A stretch of 55,074 bases of DNA from Erythrobacter sp. (GTDB lineage Bacteria; Pseudomonadota; Alphaproteobacteria; Sphingomonadales; Sphingomonadaceae): assembly GCA_013001165.1 (NCBI GenBank), contig JABDNC010000011.1, positions 1 to 55,074 on the forward strand. The letters are read 5' to 3'. The position numbers were made by a program, and so were the translations under genes. Position 1 is the first letter of the stretch. Every line of letters starts with the position of its first letter. Below, piece by piece: positions 19,233 to 29,497 of this stretch. The notes below the pieces were generated by a model. The model was not told the DNA's origin, made no database searches, and saw only the letters and a list, made by a program, of their open reading frames with translations.

Positions 19233-20228
19233 ATGCGTCTTATCATGGCTGGAGCGGCGGCGATCGCGCTCGCCGCAAGCGGGGCTTATGCCCAAGGCAA
19301 TGGCAAAGGTAACAGTCAGGGCAATGCAGGGAACAAGCCTGCTGCCGCTCAGGACCAGAAGGGCAATGGCAACGGGAACGGCAAGGCTCGCGCCGATCGC
19401 GGCCCCGACCGGAGCGACAAACGGCAGGACCGGCAGGTAGAGCGCCGCGTGGAGCAACGCGGCAACTCTGGCGAGCGTCGGGGCAATGGCCAGGACCGCC
19501 AGGCCGAGCGCCGCGGTAACGGACAGGGTCGCGGCAATGCCGCCGATCGCCGGGACGTTCGCGTCACCTACGACGACCGAGACGATCGCCGCGTGGTCCG
19601 CGGTGGTCGCGATTACGGGTGGCTGGCGGGTGACCGCTCACGCGGCCTTATCCAAGGCTGCCCCCCGGGACTCGCGAAGAAGCGCAACGGCTGCAACCCT
19701 CCGGGACAGGTCCGTGATCGCTACGAGCGGAACCTGTTCGGTTCGGTTTATCGCCCGAGCCTGTTCGGCCTGAACAATTACGGCCGCGGAGACTATTACT
19801 ACAATGACGGATACCTCGTCCGCTACGGCGATCGGGGCGGGATTTCCGGCTGGATCCCCCTTCTAGGCGGTGCGCTTGGTATCGGGAATGTCTGGCCGAG
19901 CGGCTATCGCAGCTACGAGGTGCCGGATTATTACGTCGACTATTACAATCTGGGCGGTCCCAATCGCTATCGCTACGCCGACAATGTGATCTACCGCGTC
20001 GATCCCGAGGACGCTGCAATCACGTCGGTGGCCGCGCTGATCACCGGTGACGAGTTCACCGTCGGCCAGCCCATGCCCCGCGGTTACGACGTCTACAACG
20101 TCCCCTATTCCTACAGGGACCGCTATTACGACGGTCCGGATCGCATGTACCGCTATTCGGACGGATACGTCTATCAGATCGACCCCGAAACGCGCCTCGT
20201 CGCCGCGGCGATCGACCTGCTCATCTGA
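19233..20228 (+). CDS. Secreted protein with low-complexity N-terminus and RcnB/DUF1236-like Tyr-rich repeats
   Basis: Signal peptide ending AYA-Q, G/N/R-rich tract, GCPPGLAKKRNGCNPPGQ, and three repeats (YYYNDGYLVR, YRYADNVIYRVDP, YRYSDGYVYQIDP). RBS AAGGAG. Confidence 0.8.
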   Translation: MRLIMAGAAAIALAASGAYAQGNGKGNSQGNAGNKPAAAQDQKGNGNGNGKARADRGPDRSDKRQDRQVERRVEQRGNSGERRGNGQDRQAERRGNGQGRGNAADRRDVRVTYDDRDDRRVVRGGRDYGWLAGDRSRGLIQGCPPGLAKKRNGCNPPGQVRDRYERNLFGSVYRPSLFGLNNYGRGDYYYNDGYLVRYGDRGGISGWIPLLGGALGIGNVWPSGYRSYEVPDYYVDYYNLGGPNRYRYADNVIYRVDPEDAAITSVAALITGDEFTVGQPMPRGYDVYNVPYSYRDRYYDGPDRMYRYSDGYVYQIDPETRLVAAAIDLLI

Positions 20229-20242
20229 TCCGGAGAAACAGG

Positions 20243-20815
20243 ATGAAGACCAACTTCACGAAACCCCTTGCGCTGGCCGGAGCAATTGCCGGGCTGGCGT
20301 TCCTCCCGGCCTGCAGCAGCGGCGAAACCGAAGAAGGCGTCGAAGAATCGCAGGATTACACCACGCTCACGATGGCGGCCGCCCTGAGCGACTTGCCTGA
20401 AATGGCGAGCCTCAATGGTGCCATTTCGAGCGCGCAGCTCAATTCGATATTCGATGGCCCCGCGAGTTACACAGTGCTCGCGCCGGTAGACGAAGCCTTT
20501 ACCGCGCTCGGCGAACAGGGCCAGTCGCTGATGACCGAAGAGCAGCGCCCGGTGCTTGCCGGAGTGCTGCGCGAACACATCCTGCCCGGTCATCTGACGC
20601 CGGAGGATATTATGGGGGCGATCGAAAGCCAGGACGGCGAGGTAACGATGACCACTTTCGCCGGCGGCGACCTCACCTTCTCGATGGATGGCGAAACAGT
20701 CATTGCAACCAATCCCACGGGCGAGGTTGCGCGTTTCACCGGCGGAGCTACGCAGGCAAATAACGGCGTGATCATCCCTGTCGACGCCGTCATGGTCCCC
20801 GGCGACGAAGGCTAG
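20243..20815 (+). CDS. Fasciclin (FAS1) domain lipoprotein
   Basis: Lipobox LPAC, YTVLAPVDEAF, LREHILPG, ANNGVIIPVDAVMVP. Confidence 0.9.
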   Translation: MKTNFTKPLALAGAIAGLAFLPACSSGETEEGVEESQDYTTLTMAAALSDLPEMASLNGAISSAQLNSIFDGPASYTVLAPVDEAFTALGEQGQSLMTEEQRPVLAGVLREHILPGHLTPEDIMGAIESQDGEVTMTTFAGGDLTFSMDGETVIATNPTGEVARFTGGATQANNGVIIPVDAVMVPGDEG

Positions 20816-20819
20816 GCGA

Positions 20820-23800
20820 TCAATAGTCGCGGCTTACTTCCACCACCGCACTTTCGCGACCGATGGTCGAGACGCTTCCCAGCAGCGATAGCCAGCTGGT
20901 GATGCGGAACTCGATCTCGGTCGCGCTGTATCCGCGGCCGTCGGTGATGATCTCGACGTAGAACCTGCGCCCGAAATTTTTGCCCAACGCTACGCCCGTC
21001 CCGCGTTCAAGCGCCGGATCGGCCGAAACGATGCGCAGCCGGTCGAGACCTATCGCGCTGCGCAGCTGGTTGATCGGGTCCATGCCGCCACCGCCACGAA
21101 GGCTTGCCAGCGCCGCGCCGAGCTGGAGCGCATCGGTTGCCGAAAGCGTAGTGATCGATCCGCCGAACAGGAGCCGCGCGAGGATTTCCTCCTCCGGCAG
21201 GGCCGGATCGGAACTGAAGGTCACTTCAGGCTGTTGCGCACTGCCCGTCACGGTGACGATCACGTCCACCCCATCGCGCTCGGTCTCCGCGCGGATATCG
21301 AGGCGCGGATCGATCGGGACGTTTGCGTCGAAATCGATCTCGCCGCGGGTCAGCTCGAACCGCGTGCCTGCAAAAGTATAGTCGCCGCGGACAACTTCCG
21401 CGCTGCCGCCGATGCGCGGATCGTCGGTTGTCCCGCGCAGGATGATGTCAGCACCCCATTCGCTGTCGAGGCCCATACCATCGACGTCGATCCGGCTGCG
21501 GCCCTTGGCATCGATGAGGTAGCGCCATGGCCTGCCGGGTGCCACGCGGGCTGCACGGTCTGCCGGCGCATTGACCTCGCGCGTGGCGATGACGGGCAAG
21601 CGCATGTCTTCCGCGGCAGAGCCGAGCGACCAGCTCGCACGGTCGATCCGCACGCGGCCGGCAATCGTTCCACCAAGCCCATTCGAGACGATCCGCAAGG
21701 GGCCGCTTATGGTTGCGCTGAGGCCATTGGCTTCGAGGAGCTGTGCATTCTTTACGCTGGCCCTGAGGTCGAGCGTCGGTCCGCGAATTTCGACCAGTCT
21801 GCCCTGCACCCGTTCGCCAAGACCTTCTAGGTCGACGATCCCGCTGCCGGTAACCGTACCGCCATTCTCAGTCCTGCCAGCGAAGCGCGTGAGCTGGAGC
21901 CGCGAACCTGCGAACTTGCCGCGTACGCTGACGCCCTGAATGTCGGTGCCCGATAGCGAGCTGCGCACGCGCAGGTCATCGCTGGCGACGGTCCCGCGCA
22001 CCTGCGGCGAAGCGAGTGTGCCGCTGGCATTGGCGGCCACGGCGACTTGTCCGGTCAAATCGAATGCCTCGATTGCTGCAAGACGCCACAGGCTCTCGGC
22101 CGCGCCCTGATAGCGTAGCTGCCCGTCGAGGCGACCTGCGCGGAGCCGTTGGGTGAGATCGCCCGAGGCAGGCAGGCCGGTGATGACAGCTTGCACCCGC
22201 CCGCGCCTGATATCCTCGTTCGCGAGTACCGCGCGGGCTTCCAGGCTCGTTTGGGTCAGCTCGGCCAGCAGCGATAGGTCGACCGGTTTGGAGGAGAGAA
22301 CCAGCCCGGAACGCGTGAGGTCCTCCACCTTCACACGCGCGCTGCCGGTCGGCAGTCCGCCGCGCGGGCTACGAAAGGCGACTACGCCCGACATGGTGCC
22401 GCCGAGGCCGAGGTCTTCTACCGCTACATCGACCAGCGAGAGCGGCATGCTGGCAAGCTTGAGTTCGAGCGCAGCCGCATCGGGGGCATACATGCCCGAC
22501 GCAATTGCTGCGCCATCGCCATAGTTGAGCTGGGTGGGAGCCAACCTCCACCCGCCGCCGTCGAGCGCGGTGAGGACGGCACGCCGCGGCATGGATATCT
22601 GGCGACCGGAGAACTGGCCCTGCGCTGCCACCGCGATCCGCTCGGGCCGGAAACGCGCATTCAGGTCCAGCGCGAAGCGGTTGCCGCGCCGTCCGGCGAT
22701 ACTCGCATCGACACTTCCGACGCCGTTTTCGACCTCACCCCTTGCCGCAAGTCGGCCGATGAACACCGTGCCGTACTGGATGCCCTGCGCGCTGGCCGTG
22801 CCCGAGAAGCTCGTCGAACCATCGCCGATGAGCCCTTCGGCATCGATCTGCGCACGGCCGATCGTCAGCGGTGTATCGCCACCGAAACTCGCATTGCGGG
22901 CAGACAGGTCGAGGCCGATACTCTGCCTGCCCTGCCTGGGCGAGAGAGCGATGGTGCCATTCAGCCCTCCGCCTGCAAGCGCGAGATTGCCGCGTGCGCC
23001 ACCGTCAACCAATGTCAGGTTGCCGGAAATGTCTGTATTGGAAACTTCGAGACGCTCGATATCGATGCGCGTGGGTCCGCCTTCGAGCGCGAACAGCGCG
23101 AGGACGCCGTCAAACGGGCCAAGAACGGATTCGCCAGCGGTATCGATGGAGAAACCTTCTTCGCTCGGCGCAATCGCGACCCGAACGTTTTCAAGCCCGG
23201 TGACAGGCTGCGCAAATACCAGTTCCGCAGTGGGTGCGCCGTCCTCGATCTGGCCTTCGACAGTGAAGTCGCCATATTCCGTGTGAGAGCCCTGCCCAGC
23301 CAGCGTCGTGGTACTGTCTGCAATTGCCCCATCCAGGGCCATTGTCAGCTTTTCCGAGGACACCCTCATTTCGTCGAAGTCGATCGCCGCCCCGTTGCTG
23401 GTTGCGATCCCGCCGCGCACGCGTATCGCGGGACCGGCGAGATTAGCCAGCGTGTCGTTGCTGACAGGCGAGACGCGCGCATCGAGCTGCGCGCCAATTC
23501 GCCAGCCTGAAGGCAGGACGTCCAGATCGACCAGCGCCGTGCCGCCCGCAACACCCACATTGTCGAGGGCGATGCCGTTGGCGCGAACCGGTCCGCGCAA
23601 CTGGTAGCGCCCCGCATCGAGATTTCCGCGCAGGGCGAGGTTGGCTGCGAGGCCGCGGAAGGAGAGGCGAATGTCATCGCCGGTCAGCTGGTTTCCGGAG
23701 AGCATCAGCCGCCCGCGTCCATCGCCATTGACCAGGCGCGCGTCGACGAGCGCGTTACCGGTCCGAACGCGCGATACCGAAAGCGCGAGAGGCAAGCGCC

Positions 23801-25013
23801 ATGTCGAGCCATCGTAGGAAAGCGTCCCGCGCTGGCGAAGGTTTTCCAGTTCAGCTGTCCCGGCCTGAAGCCGTCCCACGCGCAAGTCGTGCATAATCGC
23901 AAGATCGCTAAACTGACCGTCGAGCGTAGCCTCGAGGCGCGCGTTTTCGAGCCGCAGGTCCTCGCCGAATATCGCCGGATCGCTCAGACGAGCCTCGACT
24001 TCGAGGTCGTCGACCCGGTTTTCGGCAAGATCGACGAGCCCATCGGCTTCGAGGCTGATGCCGCTTCCGATAAGGATCGTTCGTCCGTCGAACGCTCGGT
24101 TTTCGATTGTCACGCGCGAGGAAATCGCGACATCCTCGCCAAGGGCATTGGCAGCTGCTCCCTCGAGGAAATCGCTCGGGTCTACCTTCCCGAGCGCGCC
24201 AAATGTGCCGCCCTGGTTGGTAATACGAAGCGCGGCGATCCGTTCGTCGCCTGCCCGGACGAGCAAGCCGCCGCGCCACTGCGACCACGTGCCCTCGCCG
24301 ATCAGGTCTGCCCGGTAACCGCGCGGCAGCCCCAGCATTCCGAACAGTACCCCGTCGTCGGCGGCACGCACACGCGCGGAAAGATCGAAGCGATCACCAT
24401 CCGGTTCCGCATCGAGAAGGATTGCAAGACTGTCGTTTGCGCCCAGCGTGGCATTCCCGTCGACAAAAAGGCGCCGGTCCTCGACCTGCACTTCGGCGAG
24501 CAGATCGACCTTTTCGGCCTCTCCGCCGGTGATTGCCGGAGCAAGCGTCAGAGCGTCGATTTCGAGCCGGTCCAGCGAGATGTCGAAGCCGGGAAGGATC
24601 GGGCCCTCTTCCTCGCTCGGCAGGAACTCCGGAATTCGCGCGAGCGTCGCGCGGCGCGCTACGAAACTGTCGATATCGAGGCGATTGTAGAGCCATGCGC
24701 GCGGGTTCCAGTCCACTTCGGCGCGCGGGATCGTCAGGAAAACGCCCTCGGGATCGGATAGGGCGACATCGTGAAGTACGGCCTCGCCATAGATATTGCC
24801 CTCGATCCGCCCGATGCGGATGTTGAGCCCGTTGGGAAAGGTCTCGCGGGCGATGCGATCGGCGAGGAAACGCTCGCCGATAGGCGTGTTCAGCAGCGCG
24901 AGCGCACCGATAATCAGGAGCAGCAGCGCGCCGACAATACCGAGCGCCCACTTACCCACCCGGCGCTTGCGGCCACGGCGCGGCTGCACCTCTGTTTCGT
25001 CCGTTTCGGCCAT
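20820..25013 (-). CDS. tamB: Translocation/assembly module TamB
   Basis: 1397 aa with an N-terminal TM anchor, a Gly-rich beta repeat body and a C-terminal DUF490-like end (FSSDPALPEEEILARLLFG ... GKNFGRRFYVE). Downstream of tamA. Confidence 0.92.
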   Translation of the reverse strand: MAETDETEVQPRRGRKRRVGKWALGIVGALLLLIIGALALLNTPIGERFLADRIARETFPNGLNIRIGRIEGNIYGEAVLHDVALSDPEGVFLTIPRAEVDWNPRAWLYNRLDIDSFVARRATLARIPEFLPSEEEGPILPGFDISLDRLEIDALTLAPAITGGEAEKVDLLAEVQVEDRRLFVDGNATLGANDSLAILLDAEPDGDRFDLSARVRAADDGVLFGMLGLPRGYRADLIGEGTWSQWRGGLLVRAGDERIAALRITNQGGTFGALGKVDPSDFLEGAAANALGEDVAISSRVTIENRAFDGRTILIGSGISLEADGLVDLAENRVDDLEVEARLSDPAIFGEDLRLENARLEATLDGQFSDLAIMHDLRVGRLQAGTAELENLRQRGTLSYDGSTWRLPLALSVSRVRTGNALVDARLVNGDGRGRLMLSGNQLTGDDIRLSFRGLAANLALRGNLDAGRYQLRGPVRANGIALDNVGVAGGTALVDLDVLPSGWRIGAQLDARVSPVSNDTLANLAGPAIRVRGGIATSNGAAIDFDEMRVSSEKLTMALDGAIADSTTTLAGQGSHTEYGDFTVEGQIEDGAPTAELVFAQPVTGLENVRVAIAPSEEGFSIDTAGESVLGPFDGVLALFALEGGPTRIDIERLEVSNTDISGNLTLVDGGARGNLALAGGGLNGTIALSPRQGRQSIGLDLSARNASFGGDTPLTIGRAQIDAEGLIGDGSTSFSGTASAQGIQYGTVFIGRLAARGEVENGVGSVDASIAGRRGNRFALDLNARFRPERIAVAAQGQFSGRQISMPRRAVLTALDGGGWRLAPTQLNYGDGAAIASGMYAPDAAALELKLASMPLSLVDVAVEDLGLGGTMSGVVAFRSPRGGLPTGSARVKVEDLTRSGLVLSSKPVDLSLLAELTQTSLEARAVLANEDIRRGRVQAVITGLPASGDLTQRLRAGRLDGQLRYQGAAESLWRLAAIEAFDLTGQVAVAANASGTLASPQVRGTVASDDLRVRSSLSGTDIQGVSVRGKFAGSRLQLTRFAGRTENGGTVTGSGIVDLEGLGERVQGRLVEIRGPTLDLRASVKNAQLLEANGLSATISGPLRIVSNGLGGTIAGRVRIDRASWSLGSAAEDMRLPVIATREVNAPADRAARVAPGRPWRYLIDAKGRSRIDVDGMGLDSEWGADIILRGTTDDPRIGGSAEVVRGDYTFAGTRFELTRGEIDFDANVPIDPRLDIRAETERDGVDVIVTVTGSAQQPEVTFSSDPALPEEEILARLLFGGSITTLSATDALQLGAALASLRGGGGMDPINQLRSAIGLDRLRIVSADPALERGTGVALGKNFGRRFYVEIITDGRGYSATEIEFRITSWLSLLGSVSTIGRESAVVEVSRDY

Positions 25014-27178
25014 CAGAACGCCTGGCCCAGCGAGACATAGACCGCCACCGGCGCGTCGTCTGGATCGGGATTGATCGGGAATCCGACGTCGAGGCGCAAG
25101 GGGCCGAAGCCTGTGTCATAGCGCAGGCCCACGCCGGCGCCGTATTTCACGAACCGGAAATCGGGTGTTTCCTCGATCGACACTGCGCCAAGATCGAAGA
25201 ACGGGACCACGGAGACCGCGCCGTCGAAGAAGCCCGTACCGATGCGCGCTTCCACCGAAGCTTCCACGAGGCTGCGTCCACCTGTGGCTTCGCCGAAATC
25301 GTTCTTGGGACCGATCGCCTGATAGCCGTAGCCGCGGACCGAACCGCCGCCGCCTGCATAAAGCCTGCGCGACGGCGGGATGGCGAAAATCGGTGCGCCG
25401 ACGATGCTCGAATAGCGAACGCGGCCTGCCGCCACGACATTCGATCCGACCGACTGGTAATAGGAGGCGTCGGTCTGGTTCGCGAGATAGTAGTACTGCT
25501 CGCCAGCGGTGCGCGAGGTCGTGGGGGAGACAAAGCCCGCTACCCTGAACCCCTGCGTGGGATCGAGAAGCGAGTCGGTCGTATCGATCTGTGCGCGGCC
25601 CGAGAGCGCGGCGACAAGATAGGTCTGGCGAGGTCGCGGCACGCCTCCGATCACTCGGTTCCGTTCGTCCGAGGCGAGGATCGTAGCGCCCACGGACCAG
25701 CTGAACGGTTTCTGGAACAGGAGCGTCGAAAGCCGCTCGTAAGTCCCGGTCAAGGCGACGGTATTGGCATCATATGCGACCGTATCCTGCGCCGACGCGT
25801 AGGCATCGATCGTAAGAACCTTGTCACGACCGCCGAAATTGTTCTTGCGGAACGTGACCCCGCCAAGCTGCTCCTGAGTACCGAGAATTCCTCGCAGCCT
25901 CAGCGAACCTTCGGGCGGGAACAGGTTGCGGTGCTCCCAGCTCGCCTGGATGCGAAAGCCTTCTTCCGAGCCGTAACCGATCGCTCCGGCGATTGTGCGC
26001 AGCTTCGCCCGTTCCAGATCGACGTCCATCTCGACCACGCCCGGCTCATCGCCTTGCGGCGGTGTGACCTCCCGCGGGGTCACGCTGACCGAGGAGACGA
26101 GGCCGGTAGCGGTCACGGCGCGGCGCAGGTCCAGCGAAAGACTGCGCTGGTAGACGTCGCCTTCCTCGAACCGCGCGATGGAGCCGAGGTGCCGGCCAGA
26201 GAGGAACTTGGGATCGCTGCTGACCACGCCGCCGAACACATACTTGCCGCCAGGTTCGACTTCGAGCGTGAGATCGCCTTCCTCGCGCTCGTGATCGATC
26301 AGGAGCTGGGGCTCGTCGATCTCGGCGAAGGCATAGCCGGTCTCGCCCAGCTTGCGATCGAGCGAGAACTGCTCCTGCACGATCGTATCGCTTTGCAGGT
26401 AATCGCCCGAGGTGATGCCGAAAGACGCGCGCAATTCCTCGTAATCAGGTGCAGCCTCGAGGTTGCCGAGATCGATATTGCCGAAACGATAGCGATTGCC
26501 GGGAATGACATCGAAGCGCACCGTCGGGGTCTCGGTGGCGACGTCCTCTCCCGGCTGGAGCGCACCGATCGAGCGGATGACCTGCCCGTCGTAATAACCG
26601 TAGACGCGCAGGAGATCGCCGAGCAGTTCCTCGTCTTCGCGTGCCCGCGCGGCGAGTTGCGCGACACTTGCATCCTCGTTCCCGAGCTCCTCGATGGTCG
26701 AAAGCGCAGAGAACCGCTCGACGAAATCGCCGCGTTCGGAGAACGGCGGTTCGCTCTGCGGAAAGCCCAGTACCAGATTTTCCGCGAGCTGTTCGGTCTC
26801 GGCTTGCGCGATGTCCACCTGTGCTCGGCCTAGATCAAGGTCGACGAATTCGACCTCCTCTTCAGGCTCGAGCGGCTCAACTCCGTCAATCTCGATGTCT
26901 TCGGGCCATGGCAAGGTGAACCCCTGCGGGTTCTCGATCGGCGTGTCGGGTGCGGGGACAGCGTCTTGGGTCGCAGCATCCTGCGCGTCGGTGCCTTGCG
27001 AAGCCCAGTCCTCGGCATTGTCTACTGCGCTATCGGGAATGAGGTCTTCGAGCGCTTCCGGCGCATCGCGATCCTGCGCGACAGCAGGCACCCCTGCCAG
27101 CGACAGCGTGGCGAAGATCGAAGTCAGCGAATATCTGAAGCGATCAGTCGGCGAGTTTGTATTCCAGCTGGTTGCCAT
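25013..27178 (-). CDS. tamA: Autotransporter assembly Omp85 protein TamA
   Basis: POTRA-like [45 protein letters not shown]-terminal SLGQAF. Start at ATG 27178 is inferred from the signal peptide ending AVA-Q. Confidence 0.9.
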   Translation of the reverse strand: MATSWNTNSPTDRFRYSLTSIFATLSLAGVPAVAQDRDAPEALEDLIPDSAVDNAEDWASQGTDAQDAATQDAVPAPDTPIENPQGFTLPWPEDIEIDGVEPLEPEEEVEFVDLDLGRAQVDIAQAETEQLAENLVLGFPQSEPPFSERGDFVERFSALSTIEELGNEDASVAQLAARAREDEELLGDLLRVYGYYDGQVIRSIGALQPGEDVATETPTVRFDVIPGNRYRFGNIDLGNLEAAPDYEELRASFGITSGDYLQSDTIVQEQFSLDRKLGETGYAFAEIDEPQLLIDHEREEGDLTLEVEPGGKYVFGGVVSSDPKFLSGRHLGSIARFEEGDVYQRSLSLDLRRAVTATGLVSSVSVTPREVTPPQGDEPGVVEMDVDLERAKLRTIAGAIGYGSEEGFRIQASWEHRNLFPPEGSLRLRGILGTQEQLGGVTFRKNNFGGRDKVLTIDAYASAQDTVAYDANTVALTGTYERLSTLLFQKPFSWSVGATILASDERNRVIGGVPRPRQTYLVAALSGRAQIDTTDSLLDPTQGFRVAGFVSPTTSRTAGEQYYYLANQTDASYYQSVGSNVVAAGRVRYSSIVGAPIFAIPPSRRLYAGGGGSVRGYGYQAIGPKNDFGEATGGRSLVEASVEARIGTGFFDGAVSVVPFFDLGAVSIEETPDFRFVKYGAGVGLRYDTGFGPLRLDVGFPINPDPDDAPVAVYVSLGQAF

Positions 27179-27986
27179 CTTTCGCCGGAAGGGCAGTCCC
27201 TTCGGCATCTCGGCGCTTTCCGGTCGCAGTGCCGATAAGGCGCTTCTGCTCGTCTTCGGGCATACGCTCCCACCCGCCGCGGGTGAGCCGCTCGATCGGA
27301 CGATAGCGGACCTTGTACTGCATGCGGTCCGACCCTTCGACCCAATAGCCGAGGTAGACGTAAGGCAGCCCATTCTCCGCAGCACGGCGGATGTGGTCGA
27401 GGATAATGAAATTCCCAAGCCCGGCGCGATCCTCAATATCAGGGTCGAAGAAGCTGTAGATCATCGACAGCCCGTCACCCTGTACGTCCGTGAGGCATGC
27501 TCCGACCAGTCGACCCGGCTCGGACCCTGCTCCCGGCTCCCGATATTCAACGACATAGCTGGATACCGGAGTATGTTCCACCATATCCGCGAAATCGGAT
27601 TCGTCCATCTCCGCCATGCCGCCACCGGGATGACGTGCCGCAAGATAACGACGAAGCAACTCATACTGTTCCTCAGTCGCCCAAGGGCGGCATTCGGACA
27701 CGACGAGATCGCTGTTCGACTTCATCGTACGCTTCTGGCTGGAAGAGGGCTTGAATTCGCCGGCCACCACGCGAACCGAAACGCAAGCCTGGCAATCGAG
27801 GCAGGACGGGCGATAGGCGACGGTCTGGCTACGGCGGAAGCCGATCCGGCCAAGCGCCTCGTTCAGCTCGTCGGCACTCTCACCACGCAGCTCTGTGAAG
27901 ACCTTCCGCTCGCTGCGGCCCGGCAAGTATGGACACGGCGCAGGGCTGGTCACGAAAAACCGGGGGAAGCGAATGGGTGCCGTCAC
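27144..27986 (-). CDS. bpt: Arginyltransferase family / Asp-Glu leucyltransferase Bpt
   Basis: [55 protein letters not shown]. Confidence 0.92.
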   Translation of the reverse strand: MTAPIRFPRFFVTSPAPCPYLPGRSERKVFTELRGESADELNEALGRIGFRRSQTVAYRPSCLDCQACVSVRVVAGEFKPSSSQKRTMKSNSDLVVSECRPWATEEQYELLRRYLAARHPGGGMAEMDESDFADMVEHTPVSSYVVEYREPGAGSEPGRLVGACLTDVQGDGLSMIYSFFDPDIEDRAGLGNFIILDHIRRAAENGLPYVYLGYWVEGSDRMQYKVRYRPIERLTRGGWERMPEDEQKRLIGTATGKRRDAEGTALPAKDGNQLEYKLAD

Positions 27987-28023
27987 GGCTGGCGGGTCCT
28001 CTCGTTGCTACGAACTTCAATTC

Positions 28024-28074
28024 GTTAACAACTCCTTTATGCATGACCTGTGCCTGCGTTTAAAGACCATTAAC
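28024..28074. promoter_or_regulatory. Two CtrA-like boxes upstream of bpt
   Basis: GTTAA-CAACTCC-TTTA (28024-28039) and TTTA-AAGACCA-TTAAC (28059-28074). Each is one mismatch from TTAA-N7-TTAAC and they face opposite ways. Confidence 0.6.
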
Positions 28075-28079
28075 CACGA

Positions 28080-28111
28080 AAAACGGGCGACCCTGACGAG
28101 TCGCCCGTTTT
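28080..28111 (-). terminator. Intrinsic terminator after ilvA (bidirectional form)
   Basis: AAAACGGGCGAC-CCTGACGA-GTCGCCCGTTTT, with A and T tracts on either side. Confidence 0.88.
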
Positions 28112-28136
28112 GCAGGGGGTTAGCGGTTAAGATTTC

Positions 28137-29390
28137 TCAGGCGAGCTCGGCCAGCTCCACGCTGTAGCCCTTGGCTTCCATCGCTTTGACCAGCCTGTCG
28201 ATCTGCGCGCCGTCGCGTGCTTCGCACTCGATTTCGGTGATCAGGCCCTTCGCCGGAAGCGTGGTGAAGATGCGCTGATGATAGATTTCGATAATGTTGA
28301 CATTGTGCTCGTTGAACTCGCGCATGACCTTGTAGAGCGCGCCGGGGCGGTCCTGCAGGGTGATGCGCAGCCGCGCAAGGCGGCCCGAACGGGCGAGGTC
28401 GCGCACGAGGACGTTTGCCAAGAGGCGCGTATCGATGTTCCCGCCGCACAGCACGAGCCCCACGGTCTTGCCCGCGAACTTTTCGGGATAGGAAAGCACC
28501 GCGGCAAGGCCGGCGGCACCTGCGCCCTCGACCACGGTCTTCTCGATCTGCAGCAGCAGCGAAACCGCACGCTCCAGCTTGGGTTCTTCTACCAGCAGGA
28601 TTTCATCGACAAGCTCGCCGATGATCTGCCGGGTAAAAGCGCCCGGCTCCTTCACCGCGATGCCTTCTGCCAGCGAATCCCCGCCGCAGGGCAGGTCCTC
28701 GCCGGTCACGGCCGAATACATCGAGGGATAAAGAGCAGCCTGTACGCCGACCATCTCGATGTCGGGCTTGAGCGCCTTGGCCACGGTCGCCATCCCGCTC
28801 ATCAACCCGCCGCCGCCGATTGGCACGACGAGGCAATCGAAATCGTCCTTCTGCTCGAGCATTTCGAGCGCGACCGTGCCCTGCCCCGCGGCAACCTGCG
28901 GATCGTCGAAGGGGTGTACAAAGGTGAGGCCACGTTCGGCCTCCAGTTCGCGGGCATAGGCATATGCTTCGTCGAAGGTCTCGCCGTGAAGCACGACATT
29001 GCCGCCGACGCTCTCGGTCTGCATGACCTTCACGCTCGGCGTGGTCGATGGCATGACGATGGTGACCGGAACGCCAAGGCGGCGGCCATGGTACGACAGG
29101 CCCTGCGAATGGTTGCCGGCCGATGCGGCGATAACGCCCTTGTTGCGCTGCTCGTCGGTCAGCTGGAGCAAGGCATTGAGCGCGCCGCGTTCTTTGTAGG
29201 CGGCGGTGAACTGCAGGTTCTCGAACTTGAGCCAGATATCGGCGCCGGTAATTTCCGAAAGCGTAATCGAGTGCATCATCGGCGTCTTGACCACTGCGCC
29301 TTCAATGCGCCGCGCAGCCGCGCGCACATCGTCGAGTGTCAAAAGGTCGGTCGCGCTCTGCTGCGCGCGAAGGGATGCTGCTTCGGTCAT
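28137..29390 (-). CDS. ilvA: Threonine ammonia-lyase with single C-terminal ACT domain
   Basis: KFENLQFTAAYKERGA, ASAGNH, HPFDD, PIGGGGL, EGAGAAG, CGGNID, ACT motif LQDRPGAL. Confidence 0.9.
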   Translation of the reverse strand: MTEAASLRAQQSATDLLTLDDVRAAARRIEGAVVKTPMMHSITLSEITGADIWLKFENLQFTAAYKERGALNALLQLTDEQRNKGVIAASAGNHSQGLSYHGRRLGVPVTIVMPSTTPSVKVMQTESVGGNVVLHGETFDEAYAYARELEAERGLTFVHPFDDPQVAAGQGTVALEMLEQKDDFDCLVVPIGGGGLMSGMATVAKALKPDIEMVGVQAALYPSMYSAVTGEDLPCGGDSLAEGIAVKEPGAFTRQIIGELVDEILLVEEPKLERAVSLLLQIEKTVVEGAGAAGLAAVLSYPEKFAGKTVGLVLCGGNIDTRLLANVLVRDLARSGRLARLRITLQDRPGALYKVMREFNEHNVNIIEIYHQRIFTTLPAKGLITEIECEARDGAQIDRLVKAMEAKGYSVELAELA

Positions 29391-29497
29391 GTTCCCGGCC
29401 CTAGGCCGCACGCGGCTGCTTCGCAATCGCCGAAAGGGTTTGCTCAGCCCAAGCTATGCCTTATCGCTTGCGGCAACCGATAGTCAGGGGTCACCAG

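Noticed and set aside
17300-20820. Prophage or mobile island around the lysozyme
   Set aside because: No integrase, att repeats, structural genes, holin or tRNA target seen.
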